From: Planctomycetota bacterium
GTDB taxonomy: Bacteria; Planctomycetota; PLA2; JAEUHO01
Assembly (NCBI GenBank): GCA_965222115.1
Contig: CBDCTJ010000007.1
Location: 2,016,001-2,080,000 of the forward strand
Direction of reading: 5' to 3'
DNA length: 64,000 nt
Positions 38,978-49,600 of this stretch are shown piece after piece. A model generated the notes under the pieces. It searched no databases. It worked only from the letters and a program-made list of their open reading frames with translations, and was not told the origin of the DNA. Made by a program: the position numbers and the translations under genes. How positions within the stretch are numbered: the first letter of the stretch is position 1; the number at the start of each line of letters is the position of its first letter.

Positions 38978-40408
38978 ATGGAAGCCATTCGTCACTCAGA
39001 CGTGCTGCGCGCAACCGGTGGTGAGCCGGCAGGCCCCGTCGTGGGCGATCCGATGATTCGCGCAGTGACCACGGACAGCCGCGACGTTCCGCCGGGCGCG
39101 CTATTCGTGCCGATTCGAGGTAAGCGTTACGACGGCCACATTTTCGTCGAGCAGGCGTTCCTCAAGGGCGCTGCATTTAGCCTCGTGGCACGCGATGCAG
39201 GATTTACGCGCATTCCTCCCAATGCGATCGTGGTGGGGGACACTACCAAGGCGCTCGGCGACTTGGCGCGTTGGCATCGAAGTCGTTTCGACGTGCCCGT
39301 CGTGGGCATTACGGGCTCGTGCGGCAAGACCACGATTAAGGAAATGCTGCGTCCCATTCTTGGTGAGCGCGTCGTGGTGAGCCACGCCTCGTTCAACAAT
39401 AGCATTGGTGTACCGCTCACCTTGCTGCGCATGAATCGTTCGACACGCGCTTGTGTCGTGGAGATTGGAACCAGTGCGCCGGGCGAGATTGCCTACCTCA
39501 GCAGTATTGCCCGGCCCACCGTGGGCATCCTTTCCAATGTCGAAGAGGCACACCTTGAGGGCCTCGGCAGTGTACGCGGCGTCATGCGCGAGAAAGCTGC
39601 GCTGTTGCGCGCCGTTCCAGAGAGCGGCGCAGCGATCCTCAATGCCGACAACTACTATTGCCGCGAGATCATGTCCACGCTGCGCGGCCCTGCAGTCATC
39701 TCCTTTGGCACATGGGAAGACGCCGACGTCTACGGTCTCGAGGCGCGTCCCACGCGCGATGGCTTTGAGGTGTTGTTGTTTGGCCGAATGCCCATTCGCG
39801 TGCCTGCGCTCGGTATGCACAATGTGTCCAATGCCCTGGCGGCTGTGGCCTGCGGGTTGTGGTTGGGGCGTTCACCGTCACAAGTTGCAAACGGATTGGC
39901 GCACTACAAGACGCCCGCCATGCGCATGAGCCGCGAATCGGTTGGCAGTGTCACGTTGATCAACGACGCCTACAACGCCAATCCCGGAAGCATGGAAGCG
40001 GCGCTACGCGAGTTGGCACTGCGCGATTGTGGCGGACGACGTGTTGCGGTCCTTGGCGACATGTTGGAACTTGGTGACGAGACCGAGCGATTGCATCACC
40101 GTCTCGGTATGCGTGCCGCGCACAAGGCGATTGATCTCCTATGGGCCATCGGTCCCCATGCTGAAGTTGTCGCGTCGGCGGCGATGGACCGCGGCATGCC
40201 CGCCGATCGTGTTCGTTGGCATCAGAGTTTGAAAGAAGCCATGGCCGATCCTGCGTTTGAACCGGAAGCCGGTGACATGTGGCTCTTCAAAGCGTCGCGC
40301 GGTATGGCACTCGAGCACATTGTGGATTTGGTTCGCGAACGCGCCCGCAAAGTGCAGTCGATCCGTGCGCCACAGGGACTGAGTCGCATCAACAAGCCCG
40401 CCGGCTAA
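38978..40408 (+). CDS. murF: UDP-MurNAc-tripeptide--D-Ala-D-Ala ligase MurF
   Basis: GITGSCGKTT, SFNN.IGVP, NDAYNANP, LGDMLELG, KASRG. Confidence 0.95.
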   Translation: MEAIRHSDVLRATGGEPAGPVVGDPMIRAVTTDSRDVPPGALFVPIRGKRYDGHIFVEQAFLKGAAFSLVARDAGFTRIPPNAIVVGDTTKALGDLARWHRSRFDVPVVGITGSCGKTTIKEMLRPILGERVVVSHASFNNSIGVPLTLLRMNRSTRACVVEIGTSAPGEIAYLSSIARPTVGILSNVEEAHLEGLGSVRGVMREKAALLRAVPESGAAILNADNYYCREIMSTLRGPAVISFGTWEDADVYGLEARPTRDGFEVLLFGRMPIRVPALGMHNVSNALAAVACGLWLGRSPSQVANGLAHYKTPAMRMSRESVGSVTLINDAYNANPGSMEAALRELALRDCGGRRVAVLGDMLELGDETERLHHRLGMRAAHKAIDLLWAIGPHAEVVASAAMDRGMPADRVRWHQSLKEAMADPAFEPEAGDMWLFKASRGMALEHIVDLVRERARKVQSIRAPQGLSRINKPAG

Positions 40409-40476
40409 CACGCCGCAAGGCATCGTACGCACTCACTAGGTACGACGCGCGTGGATTCACCCTTGAGGGAGCTTGC

Positions 40477-41913
40477 ATGCTCTATCACCTATTCGGACTC
40501 CTGGCCGATTCGCTGCCTGGTGCCCGTTTGGGTCAGTACATTGCGTTTCGGGCCGCGTTTGCTGCCATCTTAGCGTTTGGCGTCTCCGCGTGGTGGGGCA
40601 AGGGATTCATTGAAACGTTGCGCGAGCGAAAGATCGCGGGCTATGAATCCACGGGCAGCGCGAGTGTGGACGCCAGCCGGCAGCTCAAGGCGAATGTGCC
40701 CACGATGGGTGGTGTGATTCTGCTCATTGGCGTGGGTATATCCGCCTTGCTCTTTGCGCGTTTGGATCTTGCCTTTGTGTGGATACTGCTGCTTTCGTTT
40801 CTAGCTTTCGGTGCGCTGGGTGCTGTAGACGATTGGAAGAAGCTCACCGGAAAGGGCGGACGCGGGTTGCGTGAGCGCCACAAGATGGGCGCGCAATTGG
40901 CCATTGCACTAATTGCACTGTCTTCGATTTATGCGCTCGGCAATATGGAAGACGGCACGTCCTGGCTGCGTGGGCCGAGCATGAAGGAGAATCCCTATCA
41001 GCCCAAGTGGGTAAAGCGCCATGAGGTGGACCCCGGCGAGTCATGGAACTCGATGGCGGCTAAGTACTTAGGCGATGAGCGACGGGCCGCAGAGCTTGCC
41101 GAGCTTAACGGCCTTCCCCGTGAACGGCTCACGCCGGAGATCCTTGCTGCGCCGTGCGACACAAGTACGGGTCCAGCGCTTACGTCACCCACACTGCTTC
41201 CGCCTCTTGGGCGCGAAATCCGTATGAAGGCCGCATGGCCCAATCCGCGCGACCATCACCGCGCCGATGTGCAGATTCCGTTTGCAAAGAAGTTCTGCTT
41301 TGACTTGGGAATACTGTTTATTCCATTGGGCATACTCGTGATTGTCGGCGCGAGCAATGCGGTGAACCTCACGGATGGCCTCGATGGCCTCGCGATTGGA
41401 TCCACACTCACCACTGCCGGATGCTTCGCGGTGATTGCCTACCTTGTGGGGCGCGTTGACTTTTCGCAGTCGCTCTATCTGTTCTACATTCCAGAAGCAG
41501 GTGAACTTTCGATCCTCTGTGCAGCGCTCGTGGGGGGGGCGCTGGGTTTCCTGTGGTTCAACGGATTTCCCGCTGAAGTCTTCATGGGCGACACGGGGTC
41601 ACTGAGCATTGGCGGGTTCTTTGGTGTGTTGGCTGTCATGTTGCGCCATGAGTTTACGCTGTTGATTGCGGGTGGGTTGTTTGTTGCCGAAGCGCTTTCG
41701 GTCATCATCCAGCGCGGCTACTTCAAACGCACCAAACGAGCCGCCATACGACGCGGTGACCCAAATCCCACCGGCAAACGTGTATTTTTGTGTGCACCGA
41801 TTCACCACCACTTCCAAGAACTGAAGTGGCACGAAAATAAGGTCACCATTCGCTTTTGGATCATCTCATTCATCTGTGCGATCGCTGCGCTGGCATCGCT
41901 GAAGGTGCGGTAG
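40477..41913 (+). CDS. mraY: Phospho-MurNAc-pentapeptide transferase MraY with an inserted LysM-like domain
   Basis: PTMGG, GAVDD, SNAVNLTDGLDGLA, GFLWFN..PAEVFMGDTGS, APIHHHF; GAGGGA RBS. Confidence 0.93.
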   Translation: MLYHLFGLLADSLPGARLGQYIAFRAAFAAILAFGVSAWWGKGFIETLRERKIAGYESTGSASVDASRQLKANVPTMGGVILLIGVGISALLFARLDLAFVWILLLSFLAFGALGAVDDWKKLTGKGGRGLRERHKMGAQLAIALIALSSIYALGNMEDGTSWLRGPSMKENPYQPKWVKRHEVDPGESWNSMAAKYLGDERRAAELAELNGLPRERLTPEILAAPCDTSTGPALTSPTLLPPLGREIRMKAAWPNPRDHHRADVQIPFAKKFCFDLGILFIPLGILVIVGASNAVNLTDGLDGLAIGSTLTTAGCFAVIAYLVGRVDFSQSLYLFYIPEAGELSILCAALVGGALGFLWFNGFPAEVFMGDTGSLSIGGFFGVLAVMLRHEFTLLIAGGLFVAEALSVIIQRGYFKRTKRAAIRRGDPNPTGKRVFLCAPIHHHFQELKWHENKVTIRFWIISFICAIAALASLKVR

Positions 41914-41916
41914 TCA

Positions 41917-43083
41917 ATGGCGGGATCTACCAAAGCCTCACGGCCACTTTCTCCTGCGGCACTCGACCGCAATGCCAACGCTGCGTATGCCGGTCACGCG
42001 GTCTTGACCATTGCTGTGGGACTCGTGAGCCTCGGCCTGTTGATGGTCTATTCAACGAGTTCTGTCAAGAGCGCCTTCTCCGATAGTCACACACAGGTCT
42101 ATACGCTCTCTCGGCAACTTCAGTGGGTCTTCATCGCTATCGTCGCAGGCGGCATCGCGGCGTGGGCGCCAACTTCGCTCCTGCGCGCTATCGCGAAACC
42201 CGCCATGTTGATTTCGCTCGCTCTCTTGGCCGCAACGCTTCTGTTTGCGCCCGAACGCAACAAAGCCAAGCGATGGCTCTACATCGCGGGAATCAGCGTG
42301 CAGGCTAGTGAGTTCTTCAAGATCGCCGTGCTGTTATTCCTCGCCGATCGCTTGTCGCGCCGAGAACGCGCGCAGTCCTTTGGCGATTCCATGCCCTTTG
42401 CGCCGGTGCTCCTACCGTTGGGCGTGGGGGTGGTATTGGTCCTCCTCGCGCCCGATCTCGGTATGAGCTTGTTCTTGGTTGCTGAAATCGTGGTCTTGTT
42501 GGGGCTTGGCGGCGTGCGCCCCACACGCTTTGTCCCATTGCTGCTCACGTCGCTGCCGCTGATCGTGTTCTATGCCTACACGCGCTTCGGCCACGTGCGC
42601 AAACGTATCGAGCTTTTCTCCAACAACGAAGGCAACAGCCAAGTCCGCGAAGCGCTCATCGCCATGGGTAGCGGTGGGCTCATGGGCGTAGGGCTTGGCG
42701 AGGGCAAACAGAAGCTCGGCTACATCGCCGAGGCCCACACCGACTTCATCTTCGCCGTCATTGGCGAGGAACTCGGTTTCCTCGGCTGCGCCGGCGTCGT
42801 CCTCGCCTTCATGGCCTTCATTTGGTACGGCCGCAAAGTCGCCTGGCACGCCCGCGAAGTCGGCGGCGACGGCTCCCACGGCTTCTACCTCGCCGCCGGC
42901 GCCACCTTCATCGTCTGCTTCCAAGCCCTCATCAACATCGCCGTCGTCACTGCCACCGCTCCAACGAAGGGCGTTTCTCTGCCGTTCATTAGCGTCGGAG
43001 GTAGCAATTTGGTAGTGGCATGTACGTGTGTGGGGCTGATTGTAAATGTGTCGCGGAGGTCGGTGAGGAGGGGGAGGCGGTAG
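41917..43083 (+). CDS. ftsW: SEDS peptidoglycan glycosyltransferase FtsW
   Basis: KRW, QASEFFK, PDLG, GSGG, EAHTDFIFAVIGEELG, LPFISVGGS. Confidence 0.93.
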   Translation: MAGSTKASRPLSPAALDRNANAAYAGHAVLTIAVGLVSLGLLMVYSTSSVKSAFSDSHTQVYTLSRQLQWVFIAIVAGGIAAWAPTSLLRAIAKPAMLISLALLAATLLFAPERNKAKRWLYIAGISVQASEFFKIAVLLFLADRLSRRERAQSFGDSMPFAPVLLPLGVGVVLVLLAPDLGMSLFLVAEIVVLLGLGGVRPTRFVPLLLTSLPLIVFYAYTRFGHVRKRIELFSNNEGNSQVREALIAMGSGGLMGVGLGEGKQKLGYIAEAHTDFIFAVIGEELGFLGCAGVVLAFMAFIWYGRKVAWHAREVGGDGSHGFYLAAGATFIVCFQALINIAVVTATAPTKGVSLPFISVGGSNLVVACTCVGLIVNVSRRSVRRGRR

Positions 43084-43112
43084 ACTTGGGGAACCCCTCG
43101 GTTTGGAAGGTG

Positions 43113-44282
43113 ATGAGCCCGGTGACGATTTCCCCATGGCAGTTAGTCGTCGTTGATGGACCCGACGCGGGCACGAGCTTCGTGTTTGATCGCGAAGCGG
43201 TTGTGTTCGGGCGTGCGGGAACACCCGATCAGGAGCTTCGAACGCCCTCGGATGCACGCATTAGCCGAGAACATGCGGAACTTCGAATCACGGACGATGG
43301 ACTGACATTCTCGTGTCGAGAGGGGCGTGCGCCGTTCGTGGTCGATGGCGAGGAAGTGATGCAGGGGCGCGTGGAATGGGGGCAAGCGTTTGGCGTTGGC
43401 GTGAGCGAGTTGCGCCTTGAACGACGTCATGAGGCACGCGGCGATCGACGCGGCACGTGGCTTCCCCGACGCACACTCGATGAATTTGAGCTCGGCGACG
43501 AGGTTGGCTCTGGCTTGTCGGCGCGCGTCTATGAGGCGGTAGATCGCATGACCAGCAGACCTCTGGCGATCAAGGTGTTTCGACCTGAAATGGCGTTGGT
43601 GGAGCCCATCGTATCGTTATTTTTGAGAGAGTCAGAACTACACGCGGGTCTGCGGCACCCAAACATTGTTCGCACGGTGTGCGTGGGTCGAGATCGCTCA
43701 GAGTTGTTCATTGGCATGGAGTGGATCGATGGATGCAATCTTCGCGAACGCGTGGATGCCATTGGACTCTTGTCGCCGCGCGAAGCTACAGATCTGGCAC
43801 TCGCTATTTTGCCCGCACTGGCCTATACGCATGAGCGTGGCGTCATTCATCGCGATGTAAATCCCAGTAACATCATGCTTGCAGGTGATGAACCTCGACG
43901 TGCAAAGTTAATCGATTTCGGTATGGCTCGATTCCATCAAAATCGAACGAAGGATCAGACGATAACCAACACAGGTGAAGTCCGCGGTACGCTTAGATTT
44001 TCAGCGCCCGAATGCCTCTTAGATGCAAAGCGCGCCGGCCCTGCCGCTGATGTGTTTGGAGTCGGCACGACCCTCTACTATGCGCTTACGGGTAAACCTT
44101 GGTTTGACGATTCGGGTAACAATGAAGATTTTCTTCCAGGGGTGAGTACCGCACGTGTAGTCCCCACACGCGAGCGCGTTCCAGGCGTGCCTAACAAACT
44201 GGCGGACGCAATTGATCGTGCAATACAATTGATGCCGAACGACAGGTGGGACGGGGCCAAGGAAATGTGTGAAGCGCTTTGA
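43113..44282 (+). CDS. FHA-domain Ser/Thr protein kinase
   Basis: FHA motifs FGR and ISREH; kinase motifs GSG, AIK, HRDVNPSN, DFG, APE. Confidence 0.88.
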   Translation: MSPVTISPWQLVVVDGPDAGTSFVFDREAVVFGRAGTPDQELRTPSDARISREHAELRITDDGLTFSCREGRAPFVVDGEEVMQGRVEWGQAFGVGVSELRLERRHEARGDRRGTWLPRRTLDEFELGDEVGSGLSARVYEAVDRMTSRPLAIKVFRPEMALVEPIVSLFLRESELHAGLRHPNIVRTVCVGRDRSELFIGMEWIDGCNLRERVDAIGLLSPREATDLALAILPALAYTHERGVIHRDVNPSNIMLAGDEPRRAKLIDFGMARFHQNRTKDQTITNTGEVRGTLRFSAPECLLDAKRAGPAADVFGVGTTLYYALTGKPWFDDSGNNEDFLPGVSTARVVPTRERVPGVPNKLADAIDRAIQLMPNDRWDGAKEMCEAL

Positions 44283-44305
44283 AATGACCTGTGTGAACAC
44301 GCGCG

Positions 44306-45382
44306 TCAGTATAAGAACCTAAAGGCGATCTGCGGAGCGATTGCTTTGGAGGCCGAGTAGTTGGTGTCGTCATTGATTGTGGTCGACTGGGATGAAGACT
44401 GCGCGCTCTGTATGAGTTTGATTCCCGCGAGTTCGAGTGCAGGCGCTACCGATACGGTCCGAATGTTTGCGCCGATTGCGCCAAGTGTTGGAGTCTGCAC
44501 TACGATAAGCTCTGACGCCAAATTCATGATCTTGCTATAGGAGAGGAGCTCGCTGTTGGGCAAATCAAGTATACTGAGGATTGCAGCAGTAAACAGACCA
44601 TGTTTCGGTCCCTCAAACGCGAGTTCATTTTCCGCTGCTGCAGACATTGCAATGAGGTTTGCCTGAATCGGAATGAGTCTCCCGCCTCTTCTAATGGGGC
44701 CTGACGGAATCTTACCTTGCAACAAAAGCGACGCGATTGCGTCGTCCGCGGCCCGCGTTAGCGGCGCCCGTGGGATCGCAGTCCCGCTTTCGTCGATCCC
44801 CGTCATGAGCAGATAGTTCTTAGTCGCATCTATTCCTCCAGGAATTCGAACAGGCGGTCGCTTCGCAATCTGATCGAAGTCGATTGAAATTCCTCGATCC
44901 TGTGGAGCTGCTCCCGTGAGTTGAAGGGGACGCCTCTCATCATCAATAACACCGGCAGCGAAACACGCGTCAGTCACAACAACTACTTCACAATCTTTGG
45001 GGATCGAAACAAGTTTGTTGTGTATAACGTCGTCGAGCAGGACGCCATCGTGGAGACACCAGGCTTCGTCCCAGCCATCTCTGTCTGTGGCCACACCACG
45101 AAGGCTCAGTCCGTGACCCGCGAACGTAATCATCAACAAGTCACCTGGAATTAGCCGCTCGATTGTCGCGTCAATGACATTCTCTACGTTTTCTAGAGTC
45201 GCGTCGTCGCCAAGTACAACCCGAGCTGAGCATCCGACATCATTCGCCCAGTCGCGCATTGCCCGCGCGTCGTTCTCCGCTGATGAGAGTGAAGGCAGAT
45301 AACCCAAGAACACATCGTTAGACACCTCGTTTATACCGATGTGAATCGACCGGCCTTCGTTCCAGGACTGTCTGCGGCTCAT
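44306..45382 (-). CDS. Metacaspase (peptidase C14)
   Basis: IGIN, NDA, AT, FAGHG (His), DEAW, TDAC (Cys), p10 motifs SAA..E.A.E..HGLFT, QTP. Confidence 0.88.
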   Translation of the reverse strand: MSRRQSWNEGRSIHIGINEVSNDVFLGYLPSLSSAENDARAMRDWANDVGCSARVVLGDDATLENVENVIDATIERLIPGDLLMITFAGHGLSLRGVATDRDGWDEAWCLHDGVLLDDVIHNKLVSIPKDCEVVVVTDACFAAGVIDDERRPLQLTGAAPQDRGISIDFDQIAKRPPVRIPGGIDATKNYLLMTGIDESGTAIPRAPLTRAADDAIASLLLQGKIPSGPIRRGGRLIPIQANLIAMSAAAENELAFEGPKHGLFTAAILSILDLPNSELLSYSKIMNLASELIVVQTPTLGAIGANIRTVSVAPALELAGIKLIQSAQSSSQSTTINDDTNYSASKAIAPQIAFRFLY

Positions 45383-45447
45383 CGTTTTTAACTTCAAGAG
45401 CGACAGTTCGGGATGTGGTCAAATTTCGCTAGTCTTGCCTTCATCGA

Positions 45448-45735
45448 CTAGACCTTCACTACAACTAGAGTGTAAGGCCCAGCTTTGCCATTTGATCGAA
45501 TTACCTCTAGAACTGAGTGCGCAGCCACCGTAACGTCGTAGCTGTGCTTCTTAGCATCTCCTCCCACAAATTCATAAATATTTTCTTCGTCAAGAGTCAT
45601 CTGCACGTCCACCTTTCTGTTGCTGTTGAAATACTTTATTCGTACATTTGTATCTTCCCCTAGATCATTTTGCCAAAGCTCGTGTTCATCGTTGTCATCG
45701 GTCTTAACTCTGAGCGTATTTAGTATTTCTGACAT
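45448..45735 (-). CDS. Small hypothetical all-beta protein (95 aa)
   Basis: ATG with GAGGGA RBS; AT-rich ORF co-oriented within the operon. Confidence 0.7.
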   Translation of the reverse strand: MSEILNTLRVKTDDNDEHELWQNDLGEDTNVRIKYFNSNRKVDVQMTLDEENIYEFVGGDAKKHSYDVTVAAHSVLEVIRSNGKAGPYTLVVVKV

Positions 45736-45751
45736 CTTTGGTGTCCCTCTC

Positions 45752-46582
45752 TTATCGGTCTTTGAAACCGTAGTCGATTAGAATTGGCTCGTCTTTGTCA
45801 GGAGTCGGGCTGTCGCTATGAAGCACGGCGTACTTTCGAAATTCATTGACTGAATAAGGCAAGTCGTGAAGGCCCCAAGTGGCGAATTCCACGTCATCGG
45901 GTCTCCATTGGGTAAACACGAGCCTGGTTCTCACGTATTCAGTGGCAGGAGTAGGAAGCCCCTCGGGCGATGAGCCAGGCGCGGCGTATCCGTTGATTTG
46001 GCCGGGTCGATAATGAAGCCAAATCTCTCGTCCGCCCTCATCCGGTACCCATACCCAAGCTGTTAGCTTCTTATCGTCCGGGCCGAACAGGGGGAGTTGA
46101 TGAACTGCATACGCTTGTCCCTTTTCGAGCTTGTGTCCGTCTCGATTGCCGCCAGGAAATGACGGAGCGGAGGGCCTAGCTACCGTGCACGTCCAGTTGG
46201 CAGAGTTATCATCTACGTTGTGCTTTAGTTTCCATTCCTTCGACGCGTGTGCGCAAAATGCTTCAAGAGTCTCCGCATCTGTAATGGAATGTCCGCTTGG
46301 TATCGAAAACGCATTCGAGTCTGCGACCTTGTCTATGTAAAGAGCTTCACCCGAGGACACATTCGAAAATCGGGATGCCGCGCCGCCCGGATCCTGTGTC
46401 CTATACGCCCATAGTTCGTCCGAAGTTATCGGTCCGTCTGACCAGGCCATTGCTGTATAGAATTGGGGGCGCGGGTCATTTGAGGGGCCTACGCTCAGTT
46501 CGAAGATCCCCTCGTCGATTTGCGGTCCCCGAGCGTCGTCGGATGCGCTACCACGAGCGCGATAGGTAGGGAATTTCCTCAT
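45752..46582 (-). CDS. Hypothetical protein with an apparent internal duplication
   Basis: ATG 46582 with GAGGA RBS; TAMAW..DELWAYR vs TAWVW..REIWLHYR. Confidence 0.7.
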   Translation of the reverse strand: MRKFPTYRARGSASDDARGPQIDEGIFELSVGPSNDPRPQFYTAMAWSDGPITSDELWAYRTQDPGGAASRFSNVSSGEALYIDKVADSNAFSIPSGHSITDAETLEAFCAHASKEWKLKHNVDDNSANWTCTVARPSAPSFPGGNRDGHKLEKGQAYAVHQLPLFGPDDKKLTAWVWVPDEGGREIWLHYRPGQINGYAAPGSSPEGLPTPATEYVRTRLVFTQWRPDDVEFATWGLHDLPYSVNEFRKYAVLHSDSPTPDKDEPILIDYGFKDR

Positions 46583-46613
46583 ATTCGAGTCCTCATGCTC
46601 CAGATCGTTCAAA

Positions 46614-49600
46614 TCAACGATAGGGCGGCAGCATACTCAAGACCTCTGAGGGAGTCAACACTTCACGGCGCGTGTGTTTGTGTTGAGCCGCATGGGCCCA
46701 CGTGTTTGCCCGCTGTATGATGCCTGGATGCAAATGCTCGTGCTCTTGGGCGACGCACATGAGGGCGGCAGTTTGTGAGGCAATTCCGGGGGGGTGATCT
46801 GACCAGTGTTCAAGAACACGTTTACGTACGAGATTCATGTCTGCAGGAGATCTCCTCTGGCAAACCAGTAAAAGTGCCAAGGCAATATTCTGAAGTGCCA
46901 AACTGCCTGCGGCCCTTCTAAAGCACTCAGCCGCAGTCTGGCAATGATTGCTCGCTCTAGCGTTGCGGCCAGCGCGCCAAAGTATCGCCGCTTCGTTCAG
47001 GAGTATCGCACCGCGGAGTAGGTCGCGGTCCAGCAAGTTGGCGGCGCGAACCAATTCCTTGTCCTCGCAGCTCTCCACATTGCGTCGGTATTTTACCACC
47101 CTGAGTAGCCGTTCGATTCTGGGAATGTTTGCGTGATCTCTACGCTTGCTTGCCAAGACGAACGCTTCGTTCACCAGCGAATCCGCAGTCCCCAGTTCTG
47201 CTGCTTCAGTTGCCGCGATTGCCGCATTGCACAGTGCGGTGACTCTCCCTCGATCCGAAATTGCTCGCCTAGCGGCTCTTCGGTGGAGCCCTACTGCAGA
47301 TTGGTAGCGACCTTCGTGAAAGCGAAGCCAGCCGGTCCAGGCCGCGATCCGATATCTAAGCGCCGGGTTTGGGCCTCTTCGAGCGTATCGTACTGCACTA
47401 GCGATCGTCTCTCGCTGTTGGTCGATCGAATCGCCCCTCCGCGCTGATAGGTTAGAGACTGTGAGGAACAACTCGGTTTGTTTAATCGATTTGTCGCCGG
47501 GGACGTCGTCAAGGGAGTATTGGCGTTCTACCGATTGTTCTTGAAAAGTCGCTCTTGCATGCCGAATGAGATGCTTCCAGAAATTCAGTGAAGATGACGT
47601 GTTCGTGGCTAACTCTAAATGGTACATCGCCACGTCGAGCGATCGAATAGTCGTCAGTCCCAAGGAGGCTTCTACAAGCTCGGGCCAGATCTGCGGTGTT
47701 TGAACGCGAGAGTGTTTTCGCTGTTCACACAGTGCAAGGTTGATCAGGGAGAACGCGGTGCCATATTCGCCAGTTAGAATTCTCCGTTGCGCCGCTACCT
47801 TTGCAGATTGGACTAAGGCGTGTGTATCACCCATCGCCATATATAGGAGAGGTGCTTCAATGGAATCCAGAGGTAGGAGAGTCGCGATCGCCCTGCACCA
47901 CCGATTCTTAGTTTCAGAATCAACTGAGGCCAGATCTGGGCATGGCACTGCAATCCACGCTTTGCGTTCTCGGTCCAAGTCTACCGCCGAAATTCCCTTT
48001 AGTTCGCATATCGCTGAGCGGACGTGCTCCTTGGACATTGAAACGAAAGTCTCAATGTCGCTAGGGTTCAGTCCCGTACCTGCCAAAGTAAGGAACGCCC
48101 ACACGTCCCGTGCGTCAGCACTAAGGTTTTCGACACGCTCTCCAAGTGTCGGTACATAGGCGGGCGGCGACGACACAATGCGTCGTTGCGCACGTGGATC
48201 AACGTACAGCCCATCGTCCCAGGTGGCCAATCCCGCTGCGATCCAACGCTCAATTTCGTGCAGAATCGTCTTGGGGCGGCCTCTGGAGTGCTTCCAAAGC
48301 ACCTCGGAGAGTTCATCCTGTGTAAAGAAGAAGCGGTTGGAGCTCTTAATGAGCGGCCGGATGTCATCTTCGGATAGATAGTGACATTCTTTCGAATTTG
48401 AGCCCTGAGGCGCAACCGTAGACGTCACGAGGCAGGCGAAACCGGAACTCTGTGCAAGCCGTTCTTGCTCGCGTGGGTCCAAGCGATCGAAATCGTCGAC
48501 GAAGAGCGCCGTTGCGGAGTTCAAGGCGCCTATGGCAGAGCCGGGTGCGTGCCACCGAGTTGAAACGCCACTATTCGAGAGCTCATTTGCAGCTTCTTGA
48601 AGCGTTCGGGTTCGTCCTGAACCGGGTCGCCCATAGACATTGATGCTACGTCCCGCAGGCACGGCATCAACAACAGCTTGTATGATGTCTCGCGGGCCCA
48701 GGAAGGGAAGCTCTAGTGTGTGCTCGACACCGAGTGCGCGTTGCAACTCCCGAACGACCGTGTCCATGCTATCTGGACGACGATTGGCGTCGGCACGCAC
48801 CATAGAACCCAGCACATCGCCAATGCCGTCCGGCAGTTCCTTTAGTAGCTTGATACTCTCCAACATCTCGGTGACGGGATCCGTGTCGCCCTGCCCGCGA
48901 CGAAGTCTGCGAATCGCTGTGAGTATCGTCATACCCGCTGCGTAAATGTCGCTGGCTGTGTCGGCGACGGCCCCCGCCATACGTTCAGGAGACATATAGA
49001 GCGGCGTGCCAATAATCACCGCATACTCGCGGTACTTGTCCGGATCGGATTCGTCTTCGGCAATGCCGAGATCCACAATGGTCACTTGTCCATGTTCATC
49101 AACGAGCACATTGCTCGGTTTGAGATCGCGATGCACAACACCCGCAAGGTGGAGTCGGCGCAACGCCTCCATAAATGAAAGCACGCGAGGGAGAAGCGTC
49201 TCTGGATCGTATCGATCGAGGTCGCTCCCAGGAAATCGGGAGCCCTCAACGAGGTTCATGACGAGAAACGCCCAGCCTTCGTGGCGACCATCATCGAGTA
49301 ATTTCACAATTCCGGGAACACGGGCGCGTCGCAGGGTGGCGAGTTCGCGGTCGTAGCGTTTTGACTGACGCTCACTCGTTAGCGCAACGAACTTGACGGC
49401 GACATCCACATCGTCAATCCGATCGTGTGCTTCGTACACCGTACCGAAGGCACCACGGCCCAATTCTTGCTTCAGGGTGTATCGCTTCGCTACAACATCG
49501 CCCGTGGTCGGAAACGAGACGCGGAGTTGCTCCATGTCGCCAGTGCCAGGCGTCTTGAGTAGTGTTTGATCTTCGCTGCCCGCCACGTGTTTAGGGGCAG

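Noticed and set aside
45752-46582. Bacterial gasdermin next to the caspase
   Set aside because: Size fits, but there is no N-terminal Cys or recognisable gasdermin pattern; only structure prediction could rescue this
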